A DNA stretch of 64,000 bases from Candidatus Kaiserbacteria bacterium (GCA_016432285.1 CP066682.1:15026-79025), one strand, 5' to 3'. Counted from the stretch's first letter, positions 22,060 through 32,393 are shown. Notes: generated by a model from the sequence alone, not told the origin. Numbers and translations: made by a program.

Positions 22060-22153
22060 CCCCGTGGGATACGCTAGCCGGAACGTGTTCCGCGTGGCGA
22101 AACGCGTGCCGACTTCGAATCATCGACAACACGGGACCGATTATCCCATGGGG
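22060..22153. repeat. 94-nt multibranch palindromic intergenic element
   Basis: Closing helix CCCCGTGGGATA/TATCCCATGGGG with nested hairpins. Confidence 0.55.
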
Positions 22154-22170
22154 AGATCGCACATCGCGCC

Positions 22171-22743
22171 TCAAAGCTGAGTCTCGGGCAGCGCCCGATT
22201 GATCGAATCGAGCAGTTTCTGCCGCAGTTGCTCTCCTTCAGAAACTGCATCGAGGTCGTACGCCGTGTGCGTGAGAAGCGCGGTGTCGAGCGCCTCGGCG
22301 GAGAGATACCCCAGCGCGTACAAAAGACGCGCGACCGAGATGATCTCGATCGTCGGTACGATTTCCTCCGATGCGCTCTTGAGAGCTTGGTGCGCTTCAC
22401 TCAGCGTCGCGTAGAGATACACATTCGCTTCTCCAGAACCGGTGAGCCGCACGGTAAGGTCCGCAATCCGCGCGAGAGCTCCGGCGCTTTTCGGCGCAGC
22501 CGGGGCGTTTTGGATCGCTGCCGCTCCCGCGACCCTCCACCCGCGCTTGCCCTTCACGAGCGAGACCGACGCGAGCGAGAGACTCTGGAGCGCGTAGCGC
22601 ATGCGGGAGGATTCCGCGCGGACCGCGGAAGCACGCGCGCGCACGAGACCGAAGTCTTTCGTGTAGAGCGTGAAGACGCGATCGCTCTCCCCGCTCTCGC
22701 GACTCCGGAGGACAAGCGCTTCCGTCGAGTACTTCTGATACAT
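22171..22743 (-). CDS. recO: DNA repair protein RecO
   Basis: TEALVLRSRESGESDRVFTLYTKDFG N-terminal OB fold. Confidence 0.9.
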   Translation of the reverse strand: MYQKYSTEALVLRSRESGESDRVFTLYTKDFGLVRARASAVRAESSRMRYALQSLSLASVSLVKGKRGWRVAGAAAIQNAPAAPKSAGALARIADLTVRLTGSGEANVYLYATLSEAHQALKSASEEIVPTIEIISVARLLYALGYLSAEALDTALLTHTAYDLDAVSEGEQLRQKLLDSINRALPETQL

Positions 22744-22745
22744 AC

Positions 22746-25550
22746 CTACGCAAGCGACACCGTGGTGTTCGTCTGCCGCTCGACATGGGCGAGGTGCTTC
22801 TCGACGACGGCTCTATCCGCCGTCGGCACAGTGATCGATACGGATCCGCGCTCGCCCATCTTCAGCTTCGCGGCCTTGCGGGCCTCTTGCACAAGACGGA
22901 GCGTGTCGCGAACCACGCCTTCTTCGCGCAACTCCTCGGTGAGTGTCGTGTCGAGCGCAAACGTGCCGCCCACCTCGACCTTTTTTACGTTCACCTCTTC
23001 GGCGATGATGCTGAAATATTCGGCAGGCACTTTTTTGTCGGCCGGAATGGTGAGCTTTGAGAGCGGCTGCCGTATCCGGAGCCCTGCCTTCTCGCGGGCT
23101 TCGAGCGCCGCCGACACCAGATCTCTCGCCACCGTCATGGATGAGAGTACCGACGCGTCGCTCTCTCCACGAGAGAAAAGTCGCGCGAAAAAGCCCAGCC
23201 GCTGGCGGCCCTCCGGCCATGCGGCAAGATGCACGCTCTCCGGATCCTGCGGCTCGCGGACCGTCTGGAAGAGGTATTCGGAAAAGAACGGCATCGAGGG
23301 TGCCAAAACGAGCGAGAGCGTGTGGAGCACGTACCGCAACGTCGCGAGCGCTGCGTACCGATCTTCCCCTTCCTCCTTGAACCGGTCCCTGCTGCGACGG
23401 AGGTACCACACGGAGAGGTCGTCGATAAAAAGAGAAATCGGCCGCGTGGCCCGGTCGAGCTGGTAGCCTTCAAACCCTTCGCTGGCCTCCCGCACGAGCT
23501 CGTCGAGCCGCGCCAGAATCCACCGGTCGAGCACATGCCCGCTCCCTCGATCGCGACGCGTCGTGCCCTCGTAGAGCTTGTAGAACGAGAGCACGTTGTT
23601 GAGACGTCCGATATTTTTCTTCACGATCTCGTCGACGAGGCGTTCGTCGAAATTCTTCGAATCGCCCGGCGCGTTGACGGTAAACATGAAAAAGCGCAGC
23701 GCATCGACGCCGTACTTGTCGATCACGACGCTCGGTACCACGATGTTGCCGAGCGACTTCGACATCTTCTTTCCTTTCGCGTCGAGTATGTGCCCGAGGC
23801 AAATGACATTCTTGAAGGCGCGTCCGCGGCCCATAATCCCTCCCACCGCATGCAACGTATAAAACCATCCGCGAGTCTGATCGATCGCCTCGCAAATATA
23901 ATCCGCCGGATAACCCGCGCCCTTGACCCACTCTTTTTTTTCAAAAGGATAGTGATCCTGCGCGAAAGGCATCGTACCGGAGTCGAACCACACATCGAGC
24001 ACTTCCGGCACCCGCGCCATCTGTCCCTCGCACTGCCAGCAGGTGTAGTTGAAATCGTCGATGTACGGCCGGTGCAAATCGAGCGCCGCGCCGCCGGTCT
24101 TTTTGCGCAGCTCCGCGACGCTCCCGATCACCTCGAAGGTGCCGCACTCCTTGCACTCCCAAATGGGAAGCGGCGTGCCCCAATATCGCGAACGGCTGAT
24201 CGCCCAATCTTTGAGATCCTTCAGCCATTCCCCGAAGCGGCCATCGCGAATGTGCTGCGGCTCCCAGTGGATCTGCTGATTTTCTTTGATCAGGTCTTCC
24301 TTCAGCGCCGACATGCGGATGTACCACGAGTCGCGCGCATAGTAGATGAGCGGCGTCTTGCAGCGCCAGCAGAAAGGGTACGTATGCTTGATGATTTCTT
24401 TTTTGAAAAGAAGATCGCGCGATTCGAGATCCGCGATCACCTCCGCATCGGCGTCTTTCACGAACTTTCCGGAAAGCGGCCCGGCTGCCGGTAAAAATTT
24501 TCCGTCTTCGCCGACGAGATGGTACTTCGGCAGTCCGATTGCGGTGCCGAGCTCAAAGTCGTCGGCGCCGTACATGACCGCCGTGTGCACGATCCCCGTG
24601 CCGTCTTCGGTCGAGACGAAATCGGCCGCGTACACTTTGTAGGCTTTCGCGAGCGCCTCCTCTTGGGAATGCGGCAGCGACTGCGCCAGATACGGAAAGA
24701 GAGGCTGGTAGCTGCGGCCGACGAGATCTCTCCCCTTTTTTTCTTCCACGATCTTTGCTTCCGGCGCGATCGCGGAGAGCCGCGTTTTCGCGAGCCACAC
24801 TGCACTCCCGTCGATCAGCGCTTTCACGTAGTCGACATCAGCGCCGACCGCAAGCGCAAGGTTGCCGGGCAACGTCCACGGCGTGGTCGTCCACGCGAGA
24901 AAATATTCATTCGCGTCGGCGGCTTTGAACTTCACGTAGACCGACGGATCCGGTGTGTCGTCTTGGTAGCCCTGCGCGACTTCGTGCGAAGAGAGTCCGG
25001 TGCCGCACCGCGGGCACCACGGCACCACTTTGTAGTCTTTGTAGAGGAGCTTCCGCTCGTGCGCACGCTTCAAGATATTCCAGACCGATTCTATGTAGTC
25101 GTTGTCGAAGGTGAAATACTGGTCGCGATACCAAAAAGCGATGCGCGCCGAAAAATCCTCCCACTCGCCGATGTACCGCAGGACACTCTCCTTGCATTTT
25201 TTGTTGAACTCCGCGATGCCGTACGCCTCGATCTCTTTTTTATTTTTTATGCCGAGCTCTTTCTCCACTTCGAGCTCCACCGGAAGCCCGTGCGTATCCC
25301 ACCCCGCCTTCCGGCGCAAATGGTATCCCTGCATGGTACGAAAACGCTGCACCGCATCCTTGAAAGCGCGTGATTCGAGGTGGTGAATGCCGGGGCGACC
25401 GTTGGCAGTGGGTGGACCTTCGTAGAAAACAAACTCGCCTTTGGGGGATGGCTTCTGGAGCGCTTTGCCGAAAATATCCTTCTCTTTCCAAAAAGCGAGG
25501 ATCTCCTCCTCCCGCCGCGCGCCCTCGCTTTTTTGCTGATTTTCAGCCAT
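22746..25550 (-). CDS. ileS: Isoleucine--tRNA ligase, type 2
   Basis: FYEGPPTANG, GWDTHGLP, WTTTPWTLP, DQTRGWF and KMSKS motifs. Confidence 0.97.
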   Translation of the reverse strand: MAENQQKSEGARREEEILAFWKEKDIFGKALQKPSPKGEFVFYEGPPTANGRPGIHHLESRAFKDAVQRFRTMQGYHLRRKAGWDTHGLPVELEVEKELGIKNKKEIEAYGIAEFNKKCKESVLRYIGEWEDFSARIAFWYRDQYFTFDNDYIESVWNILKRAHERKLLYKDYKVVPWCPRCGTGLSSHEVAQGYQDDTPDPSVYVKFKAADANEYFLAWTTTPWTLPGNLALAVGADVDYVKALIDGSAVWLAKTRLSAIAPEAKIVEEKKGRDLVGRSYQPLFPYLAQSLPHSQEEALAKAYKVYAADFVSTEDGTGIVHTAVMYGADDFELGTAIGLPKYHLVGEDGKFLPAAGPLSGKFVKDADAEVIADLESRDLLFKKEIIKHTYPFCWRCKTPLIYYARDSWYIRMSALKEDLIKENQQIHWEPQHIRDGRFGEWLKDLKDWAISRSRYWGTPLPIWECKECGTFEVIGSVAELRKKTGGAALDLHRPYIDDFNYTCWQCEGQMARVPEVLDVWFDSGTMPFAQDHYPFEKKEWVKGAGYPADYICEAIDQTRGWFYTLHAVGGIMGRGRAFKNVICLGHILDAKGKKMSKSLGNIVVPSVVIDKYGVDALRFFMFTVNAPGDSKNFDERLVDEIVKKNIGRLNNVLSFYKLYEGTTRRDRGSGHVLDRWILARLDELVREASEGFEGYQLDRATRPISLFIDDLSVWYLRRSRDRFKEEGEDRYAALATLRYVLHTLSLVLAPSMPFFSEYLFQTVREPQDPESVHLAAWPEGRQRLGFFARLFSRGESDASVLSSMTVARDLVSAALEAREKAGLRIRQPLSKLTIPADKKVPAEYFSIIAEEVNVKKVEVGGTFALDTTLTEELREEGVVRDTLRLVQEARKAAKLKMGERGSVSITVPTADRAVVEKHLAHVERQTNTTVSLA

Positions 25551-25570
25551 TCCGGCAATCGTATCAAACA

Positions 25571-25599
25571 GAAAGCCCGCCGACGAGGGCGGGCTTTTT
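25571..25599. terminator. Intrinsic terminator
   Basis: AAAGCCCGCC-GACGA-GGGCGGGCTTTTT. Confidence 0.7.
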
Positions 25600-25614
25600 G
25601 GAGCGCATTCGAGA

Positions 25615-25956
25615 CTAAACGAAACGAGCAGCGACGACGAAGACCGGGCGAATAATGCCGAGGAAAGAACCTTCGATTCCGCCGAGTGCCCAGGCGAGAT
25701 CATGCTCGGTTTCAAAGCGGCGGCGCCATCCGTTGTATGGATTGTCCCATTGATAGCGGCGACCGAGCTCAACAACTTGGCAATAGATGGGATACTTGCC
25801 GCGGGCGAGACGCAGTAACTCTGTCTTGTCGTGTGTCCGCTCCCCCATCAGCGCGAATCGACTTGGTGGCGGACGATCGACGACATATTTCAGTGCTTTT
25901 CGACTCACCACAGGGTTGAAGTGCGGAGAGCGATCGAATAACAACTTTGAGACCAT
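25615..25956 (-). CDS. Small hypothetical protein
   Basis: 113-aa ORF with a GGGAGG RBS and its own terminator, between argS and ileS. Confidence 0.55.
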   Translation of the reverse strand: MVSKLLFDRSPHFNPVVSRKALKYVVDRPPPSRFALMGERTHDKTELLRLARGKYPIYCQVVELGRRYQWDNPYNGWRRRFETEHDLAWALGGIEGSFLGIIRPVFVVAARFV

Positions 25957-26015
25957 GTGCGGTCCTCCCTGTTGACCAGAACGATAGTAGCCCCGCGTAA
26001 GCGGAACGCAAGAGT

Positions 26016-27677
26016 TTACATTTTCTCGGGCGCGGGGATACCGAGGAGCCACAGGCCGTTTTTGAGGGTGCTGCGCGCGGCGTCGGCGAGCGCGACTTTG
26101 TGCGCGGCGGCGGGTGTGCCGTCAAGAATCTGCTCCTTCGCGTACCAGCGGTTGAACGCGCTCGCAAATTCTAAGAGGTAGTTGGTAAGAAGATGCGGCT
26201 CAAGCTCCCGTACCGCGTATTCCACCGCCTCGGGAAAACGGTGCAGGAGGCGCGAAAGCTCCGTCGCCTCGGCCGCCGCATCGATTTTCGCCGACACCTT
26301 CTGTTCCCGCGCTTTTTCCACGACCTGATGCGCGCGTGCATGGGTGTACTGGATGTACGGGCCCGAGTCGCCTTCCAAGGAGAGAGCGCGATCGCGCTCG
26401 AAGATAATGTCGCGGCCCGACGCCTGTTTCAGAATCTGATACTTGATCGCAGCCACAGCGATCTGCCGCGCGAGCGCTTCCGTGTCGTCGGCGCGACTTT
26501 CCGCCGCCCGCTCTTTCGCGGCTTCGGTCAGGTCCGCAAGGAGCGATTCGCCCGTGATCACGTTGCCGCGGCGGGAGGCCATCTTGCCGCTTGAAAGGCG
26601 CATCATCCCGTGCGAGATGTGTTTGATTTTCGCCGCGAGATCGGGGAAGACTTCGCGCATGGCGGCGATGACAACCTCGAAGTACCCGCTCTGCTCGTGC
26701 GCCGTTACCGTGATCGACTGATCGAAGGGCCACTTCTGCGCCTTCATGCGGGCGAGGCCGAGCTCTTTTGTCTCGTAGGTGGGCAGCCCCTTCGAGGTGA
26801 TGAAAACGCGCGTGTGGAGGCCCGCTTTCTCTCCCTGGTAGACAACCGCCCCTTCGCTTTTGACGAAAATCTCGGGATGCGCGGCGACAAGCTGCAAGCC
26901 TTCCGGCGCCGTCTCGCTCTCGAAAAAGTAGAAATCGAATTTCGTGCCGAGCGACGCGTAGATGTCTTCAAAGTGCGCGAGAGAAGCCGCGCGGCCCGCG
27001 TCGTATACGGCGTTGATCTCAGGATCGGAGCGGTCGTAGATTTTCGCGTTGATCGCGTCGATCTCAGCTCTCGCGCTTCCGTCGTCTTCAAAAGCCGACG
27101 CCCCGGCGGCATAGGCCGTGCCGAGCGCCGCTGCGTCCGTGGGATCGAGCGTGAGCTTTCGGAGCCCCCAGATCGCTTTGGCCACGTGCGGCCCCACATC
27201 GCCCTGGTAGTTGGCGCGCTTCACTTCGGCACCCGAATACTCGATGAGCCGCGCCGTCGCTTCGCCGATCGCGTTGCTCATGAGGTGCCCAATATGAAAT
27301 TCCTTAAAGGGATTCGGGTCGGTGTATTCCACCATCACTTTCTTTCCTGTATTGATCGAGCCTCTGCCCCACTCTTTTGTGCGAGCACTTTCGATCGCCT
27401 CCGCGACAGCCGCATTCGTAAGAAAAAAGTTGACGAAGCCCGCTCCCGCGACCTCGACTTTGGCGACACCGTCAACAGCATCGAGTGCGGCGACCATGCG
27501 CTCGGCGAGCGCGCGAGGAGTCGTCTTCAACTCTTTCGCGTATTTCAGCGCGATGCTGGTGGAGTAGTCGCCGTTTTCGAGGACGGCGGGGTGCTCCAGC
27601 GGTACCTCCGATGCAGAAATCGAAAGTGCGGCAAGCGCCGCTTTGAGCGCTTCTTTGATGTTGTGGGCCGCTGTCAT
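26016..27677 (-). CDS. argS: Arginine--tRNA ligase
   Basis: EYTDPNPFKEFHIGH, KMASRRG and GDSGPYIQYTHAR motifs. Confidence 0.97.
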   Translation of the reverse strand: MTAAHNIKEALKAALAALSISASEVPLEHPAVLENGDYSTSIALKYAKELKTTPRALAERMVAALDAVDGVAKVEVAGAGFVNFFLTNAAVAEAIESARTKEWGRGSINTGKKVMVEYTDPNPFKEFHIGHLMSNAIGEATARLIEYSGAEVKRANYQGDVGPHVAKAIWGLRKLTLDPTDAAALGTAYAAGASAFEDDGSARAEIDAINAKIYDRSDPEINAVYDAGRAASLAHFEDIYASLGTKFDFYFFESETAPEGLQLVAAHPEIFVKSEGAVVYQGEKAGLHTRVFITSKGLPTYETKELGLARMKAQKWPFDQSITVTAHEQSGYFEVVIAAMREVFPDLAAKIKHISHGMMRLSSGKMASRRGNVITGESLLADLTEAAKERAAESRADDTEALARQIAVAAIKYQILKQASGRDIIFERDRALSLEGDSGPYIQYTHARAHQVVEKAREQKVSAKIDAAAEATELSRLLHRFPEAVEYAVRELEPHLLTNYLLEFASAFNRWYAKEQILDGTPAAAHKVALADAARSTLKNGLWLLGIPAPEKM

Positions 27678-27792
27678 GAGCCCTATTGTACCGTCAACTT
27701 AGAGGTCGGCGTCGATTCCTTACAGGAGCAGTACACCTTGTGGATATTTTGTTCGCAAGCTCCAAAATACCTCACAAGGTCGATCGACACTC

Positions 27793-28212
27793 CTATTCCG
27801 TGTCGATCCCCATGCTCCGGGCCGTACCTGCGATGATTTTCTTCGCCTGCTCGACGTCGTTGGCGTTGAGATCCTCCATCTTTTCTTCGGCGATTTCGGT
27901 GATCTGCTGTTTACTCAACTTGCCGACTTTGTTCTGCGGCTTTTGGGATCCCTTCTCCATGTTGAGCTTCTTCAGGATGAGCCGCGACGCCGGCGGCTTT
28001 TTGACGATGAAAGAGAACGAGCGGTCTTTGTACACCGTAAGCAAGACCGGCACGATGTTGCCGATCATGGGGCGCGTCTGGTCGTTGAACTGCTTCACGA
28101 ACTCTCCGATGTTGACGCCCGCAGGACCGAGCGCGGTCCCGACCGGCGGCGCCGGCGTCGCGGCTCCCGCCGCGATCTGCAATTTGATGATCTTTGTGAT
28201 TTCTTTTGCCAT
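27793..28212 (-). CDS. rplK: 50S ribosomal protein L11
   Basis: [12 protein letters not shown] and GTARSMG motifs. Confidence 0.98.
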   Translation of the reverse strand: MAKEITKIIKLQIAAGAATPAPPVGTALGPAGVNIGEFVKQFNDQTRPMIGNIVPVLLTVYKDRSFSFIVKKPPASRLILKKLNMEKGSQKPQNKVGKLSKQQITEIAEEKMEDLNANDVEQAKKIIAGTARSMGIDTE

Positions 28213-28256
28213 ACTGTGAAAAGATAGACTGATTATTTTATCCGGAAGACTCGACG

Positions 28257-28802
28257 TTACACACGTTGGACCTGATCGGCTTCAAGCTCCACCGGAGTCT
28301 CGCGGCCAAACATGGGAACTAACACCTTAACCTTTCCGCGCTCCTCGTCAATCTCGCCCACCTTTCCTTCGAGATCCTTGAAGGGGCCGTCGATGATGAT
28401 GACCGCATCGCCCTCCGAAAGATCGATCGCGTGGCGCACGGTATCTCCCGAGGCGCGCTTCAGAATCTTGTCGACTTCCTCAGGAGAAAGCGGCACCGCC
28501 TGGTTGGCCGTGCCCACGAAGCCCGTCACCTGCGGGGTGTTGCGCACTACGCTCCACGCGTCGTCACTCGCGATCATGTCCACGAGCACGTAGCCGGGAA
28601 AAATCTTTTCTTTAGTCTCGGTGCGGCGACCGTTCTTGATCTTGATCTTCTTTTCGGTCGGCACGACGACGTTGAAGATTTTTTCCTGCATGCCGAAGGA
28701 TTCGACGCGCTGCTTCAGGTTGCGCGCCACGGCATCTTCGTAGCCGGAGTACGTATGCACCGCATACCACTGCCGATCCGTGCCGTACGTTTGCTTTGCC
28801 AT
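28257..28802 (-). CDS. nusG: Transcription factor NusG
   Basis: [22 protein letters not shown] and [10 protein letters not shown] motifs. Confidence 0.98.
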   Translation of the reverse strand: MAKQTYGTDRQWYAVHTYSGYEDAVARNLKQRVESFGMQEKIFNVVVPTEKKIKIKNGRRTETKEKIFPGYVLVDMIASDDAWSVVRNTPQVTGFVGTANQAVPLSPEEVDKILKRASGDTVRHAIDLSEGDAVIIIDGPFKDLEGKVGEIDEERGKVKVLVPMFGRETPVELEADQVQRV

Positions 28803-28803
28803 A

Positions 28804-29076
28804 TTACTCTTGCGGCGTCGAGGTGGAGACGGTGATCTCGCCGAGGCTCGTGCTCGCGGCGCCTTCGAAATCAATGCCCTGCGAAGAAGCAGGGACAAAC
28901 TGCAGGCCACGCGAGAGCGCCGTCGTGAAAATGTAGTCGAAGAGGCCGAGGTACACTGCGACGAAAAGCGAGATGCCGATCACGATCACCGTGTAGATGA
29001 TTGTCTGGATTCGTGTGGGCCACGCCACGTGCTTCAGTTCGCTCCGTGTGTCTTTAAGATATTGAATGAAGCTCAT
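28804..29076 (-). CDS. secE: Preprotein translocase SecE
   Basis: ELKHVAWPT plus a TM helix, upstream of nusG. Confidence 0.95.
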   Translation of the reverse strand: MSFIQYLKDTRSELKHVAWPTRIQTIIYTVIVIGISLFVAVYLGLFDYIFTTALSRGLQFVPASSQGIDFEGAASTSLGEITVSTSTPQE

Positions 29077-29176
29077 ACTTCTTTTTTGCCAATTTTAAAA
29101 CCCCTCGCGGGGTTTCAAACATAGTACTCCGCACGGGCGGCGAGTCAACCCCTCACTGCCTCCTGCCCGACATCCG

Positions 29177-30685
29177 CTAGCCGAGGCTCTTTCGGAGCTT
29201 CCCTGTTTCCACGATCAGGCGGCTGACGTCCTTTTGGCTTTTGCGCTGCAAGAGAAGCTGCGAAGTGAGGTTGCGGTGCAGAAGCTCCCGATCCGCGCGC
29301 GGGCCAAAGCGCACCCCGAGATATTTTTCCGTAAGTGCGATGTCTTCGGCGACCGCTTTCCATGCGGGGTTGCCTCGCGCGAGCCCTTCAAGGTTTTCCC
29401 GATTGAGATACTTCCCCGCTTCGATTAGATCGTCCGTAAAGTACCGGTAGTACTTTTTCAGAAGATCCCGCTCCTTGTCCGTGAGCGCAAGGAGCGCGCG
29501 ACCGGTGCCGAGAAATTCGGGCGGCACGCCCACCGAATAGAACGCCGCCGTAAAGCTGATCGCGCGCGGCAGCGATTTTTTGCCGACCCTGCGCCCGTAC
29601 GAAAGCAGTCCGATATGCTGGCGCCGCTCCCTGCGGCGTGGTACCGCCGCAAAAATCGGAGAAACGTCTTTGATGAGTCGCGGAAGTGTGGATTGATACA
29701 TTTTCGAAAATATCCGCATCACTTTCAAAAGCGCGGCGCGCTCCGAGCGCGGGATGCGTACCGCCGCGCGCCTTTGCAGGTGCCGCTCCAGATACCGCAG
29801 GGCTTTTTTCACCTCGGTGAGCGGGTTGTCGTAGCGAAAGGCAGATTGGATCGTAACGGTGCGCACGCCGGCGTATTCGGCGGCGAATTTCTTGGCACGC
29901 GCGGGAGTAAGACCGCCGCGAAAGACGAGTCCCCCCGCCCCGATGATGGGATAGACCGCCACATCGTACCTTTGCCCGAAGTCGTAGATGTCAGAAAGCG
30001 CGATCTTGTTGGCGAGGACGTTTGCCGTAAGGCCGCTCACGAGCGCCGGGTCCGAGCGAGCGAGGAAGGGACGCACGTAGAGCGGCTTTTTGCGAAAGAT
30101 TCTCTTATGGAGGCGCAGGTATTTCGCAAGCAGCTCTCCGACCTTCGTTTGATGCTCGACGCCTTCGACGAGCGGGATGATCTCGACATACTCGGTGTTG
30201 TGATTCTTGCGGTGGCTGAACACCTTCGACTTGAAACGCGCCAGCTTTTGAAACGCACGTTGGATATAGAGAAGCTGCTCCGCCCGTTCGGTCATCGGGA
30301 GTATCGCTTCGAAGAGCGGCCGGTCCTTGAAGCGCACGTCTTCGGCGAGATCCTCGCTCGTGAGAATCACCATGAGCGCGCGTATCAGACTGTAGCCCTT
30401 TTCCTGCCAGACGTTGGGGAGCCGAAAGGTCAGGAATTTTTTCTTGCCGAGCGGATTTTTCTTGAAGTATTCGAAATGCTGCGAGAGCAGCTTTTCGATC
30501 ACCGATTCGTCGGCGTACTTCCCTTCCCAGTCCCACATGAATTCCTGCACGCCGAGGTCGCGAAAACTCGAAACGCACTCCTCGGGCTCTTCGTGCACGG
30601 CCACGAAGCCGTCGTCGGTATCCCAGTAGGGCCCCTGCGCGTTGTCGGGGTGCTGGGTGGCCATCGTCGCGGGAATTGCTCTCAT
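29177..30685 (-). CDS. ppcA: Phosphoenolpyruvate carboxylase, archaeal type
   Basis: MATQHPDN, MWDWEGK, RPFLARSDPAL, TIQSAFRYD and LPRAISFT motifs. Confidence 0.93.
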   Translation of the reverse strand: MRAIPATMATQHPDNAQGPYWDTDDGFVAVHEEPEECVSSFRDLGVQEFMWDWEGKYADESVIEKLLSQHFEYFKKNPLGKKKFLTFRLPNVWQEKGYSLIRALMVILTSEDLAEDVRFKDRPLFEAILPMTERAEQLLYIQRAFQKLARFKSKVFSHRKNHNTEYVEIIPLVEGVEHQTKVGELLAKYLRLHKRIFRKKPLYVRPFLARSDPALVSGLTANVLANKIALSDIYDFGQRYDVAVYPIIGAGGLVFRGGLTPARAKKFAAEYAGVRTVTIQSAFRYDNPLTEVKKALRYLERHLQRRAAVRIPRSERAALLKVMRIFSKMYQSTLPRLIKDVSPIFAAVPRRRERRQHIGLLSYGRRVGKKSLPRAISFTAAFYSVGVPPEFLGTGRALLALTDKERDLLKKYYRYFTDDLIEAGKYLNRENLEGLARGNPAWKAVAEDIALTEKYLGVRFGPRADRELLHRNLTSQLLLQRKSQKDVSRLIVETGKLRKSLG

Positions 30686-30707
30686 CGCTAACCCACTGTA
30701 GCAACTC

Positions 30708-30802
30708 GCTCGGGATATTGCATCTGATCGGGTCGCGTCTCCTTCTGCTGAAGGAGCGTCCCCGCCAGAAGGCGGGGACGCGAATGGCACGATGCCCCGA
30801 GC
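30708..30802. repeat. 95-nt multibranch palindromic intergenic element
   Basis: GCTCGGG/CCCGAGC closing stem with inner CTCCTTC/GAAGGAG and GTCCCCGCC/GGCGGGGAC hairpins. Confidence 0.55.
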
Positions 30803-30810
30803 AACAATCC

Positions 30811-31623
30811 CTACCTGATCTCGTAGGTAACGTTCACGTTGGAGACGATCTTGTTCTCGCCGGTGGGGAGCATCGGCGCGGAGGCTTTGGTGGATTCCGC
30901 ATCCATGGCGAGCCCGCCCCTCGCGTACGCGTACGGTATCGGGTAGGAGCCGTTCTCGCTGAAGCCGACGATGCGCACGAGCCGCACACCAAGCTGTCCT
31001 GCGAGTGCTTCTGCCTTCTCACGCGCGTCGTCGATCGCCATTTGCCGCGCTTGTGCCTGAAGCGCGTCTTCATCTTCGGTGGTGAAGGAGAGGCCAGAGA
31101 CCTCCGACGCCCCGCGTGATCCGACTCCGGTCAAGAGGTCGCCCGCGAGATCGGTGTCGCGCACCTTCACGGTGAGCGTCTGCGACACTTCGTAGCCGTT
31201 CAAGATCTGCCTCCCCGGCGGGCAGTAGCCGTCGCGGCAAACCGCCGTCTCGTATTCGTACTGCGGATAGACGCTATAGTCGGCCGTCTTGATGTCCTTT
31301 TCTTCGACTCCCGCGCCTTTGAGGTAATTGATGATCGCGTTGATCTTTTCCGTCGCCGTGTCTTGCGCGCTCGCCACCTCTTTGGCACGCTCGCGCACCG
31401 TTACACTAAAGGTCCCCATGTCCGGCACCGCGAATACTTCGCCGTCGCCCGAGACCGTGATCGTATTGCTTGCGGAGACACCGCTGCCGATAAAACGAAA
31501 CTCCTTCAGCTCCCGGACCGTGGCAACCACCAAAAAGAGCGCCAGCATGCCGAGCGCCGCGGCACCCGCCATACGCGGCCAGTGGGTGGCCTCGATAAGC
31601 TTATCTGTCGAACGTTCATCCAT
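30811..31623 (-). CDS. SIMPL (DUF541) domain protein
   Basis: ITVSGDGEVFAVPD, DIKT, and AIDDAREKAEALA motifs. Confidence 0.93.
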   Translation of the reverse strand: MDERSTDKLIEATHWPRMAGAAALGMLALFLVVATVRELKEFRFIGSGVSASNTITVSGDGEVFAVPDMGTFSVTVRERAKEVASAQDTATEKINAIINYLKGAGVEEKDIKTADYSVYPQYEYETAVCRDGYCPPGRQILNGYEVSQTLTVKVRDTDLAGDLLTGVGSRGASEVSGLSFTTEDEDALQAQARQMAIDDAREKAEALAGQLGVRLVRIVGFSENGSYPIPYAYARGGLAMDAESTKASAPMLPTGENKIVSNVNVTYEIR

Positions 31624-31718
31624 AGAAAGATGTGTTTACTCTTTAGAAACGAATAATAGTAATGCTTCGCCGGCTCATGACGATCTGATGAAGATAATAT
31701 TACCACCCGAAAGGCCGG

Positions 31719-32360
31719 CTACACTCGGCCCCAGAAATACTCGCGATATCTGCGAAAGAGCCGTTCGCAGATGTGGAAAATGGTATAGGTGATGAAGTAC
31801 GCGGAGAGTACGTCGATCGAGTAGTGCACGTGCCCCAAGAGCACGATCACCGCAAAAAAGACCGACCACGCGAGAAAGAAGTACCGCAGCAGCCGCTCGC
31901 GCCAGAAAATGAGCGCCAGAAGAAAGGGCGCGCCGGTGTGTCCCGAAAAGAAAAGGTCGTTGCCGCCGATGAAGCTCGTAACGACCGATCCCCAATCGAG
32001 CTGTACGCGATCCGGAAAAGGCCCGAGATGCGTCAGTGAGATAAAGATCGCGCGCACTGTGTAGAAGACACCGAGGCTTGCGGCGGTAAACGGGACCCAA
32101 TGCGGCCTCGCGAACGCGAGCGCGGCCACAAAAGCGACGAGCACGAAGGTACCGAGCACGAAGAGGTCGTCGACCTGAAAAACAGGCGTGTTGGAGAGCA
32201 CGATGTCCTCGACGTAGTTGCTCGCGCGATACGTGGCGTAGGTGCCGGCAAAGAAGTTGACGATAATGCCGAATATGAGAGCTGCGAGGGAAAACGCGAA
32301 GGCCCTGCGAAAGGGCGGCGAAGAGAGACTCTGTCGGTAGCTTTCGACAGCGTGTTTCAT
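31719..32360 (-). CDS. PAP2/sphingomyelin-synthase-like membrane phosphotransferase
   Basis: Several TM helices with DLFFSGHT and HYSIDVLSAY. Confidence 0.8.
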   Translation of the reverse strand: MKHAVESYRQSLSSPPFRRAFAFSLAALIFGIIVNFFAGTYATYRASNYVEDIVLSNTPVFQVDDLFVLGTFVLVAFVAALAFARPHWVPFTAASLGVFYTVRAIFISLTHLGPFPDRVQLDWGSVVTSFIGGNDLFFSGHTGAPFLLALIFWRERLLRYFFLAWSVFFAVIVLLGHVHYSIDVLSAYFITYTIFHICERLFRRYREYFWGRV

Positions 32361-32393
32361 ACGAGTATCAAGAGAAAGTATATACTAATCGCT

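Noticed and set aside
25551-26015. T-box riboswitch upstream of ileS
   Set aside because: No T-box consensus (AGGGTGGNACCGCG) was seen. The region is better explained by a small ORF with RBS and terminator, and ileS has its own -10 box next to the ATG.
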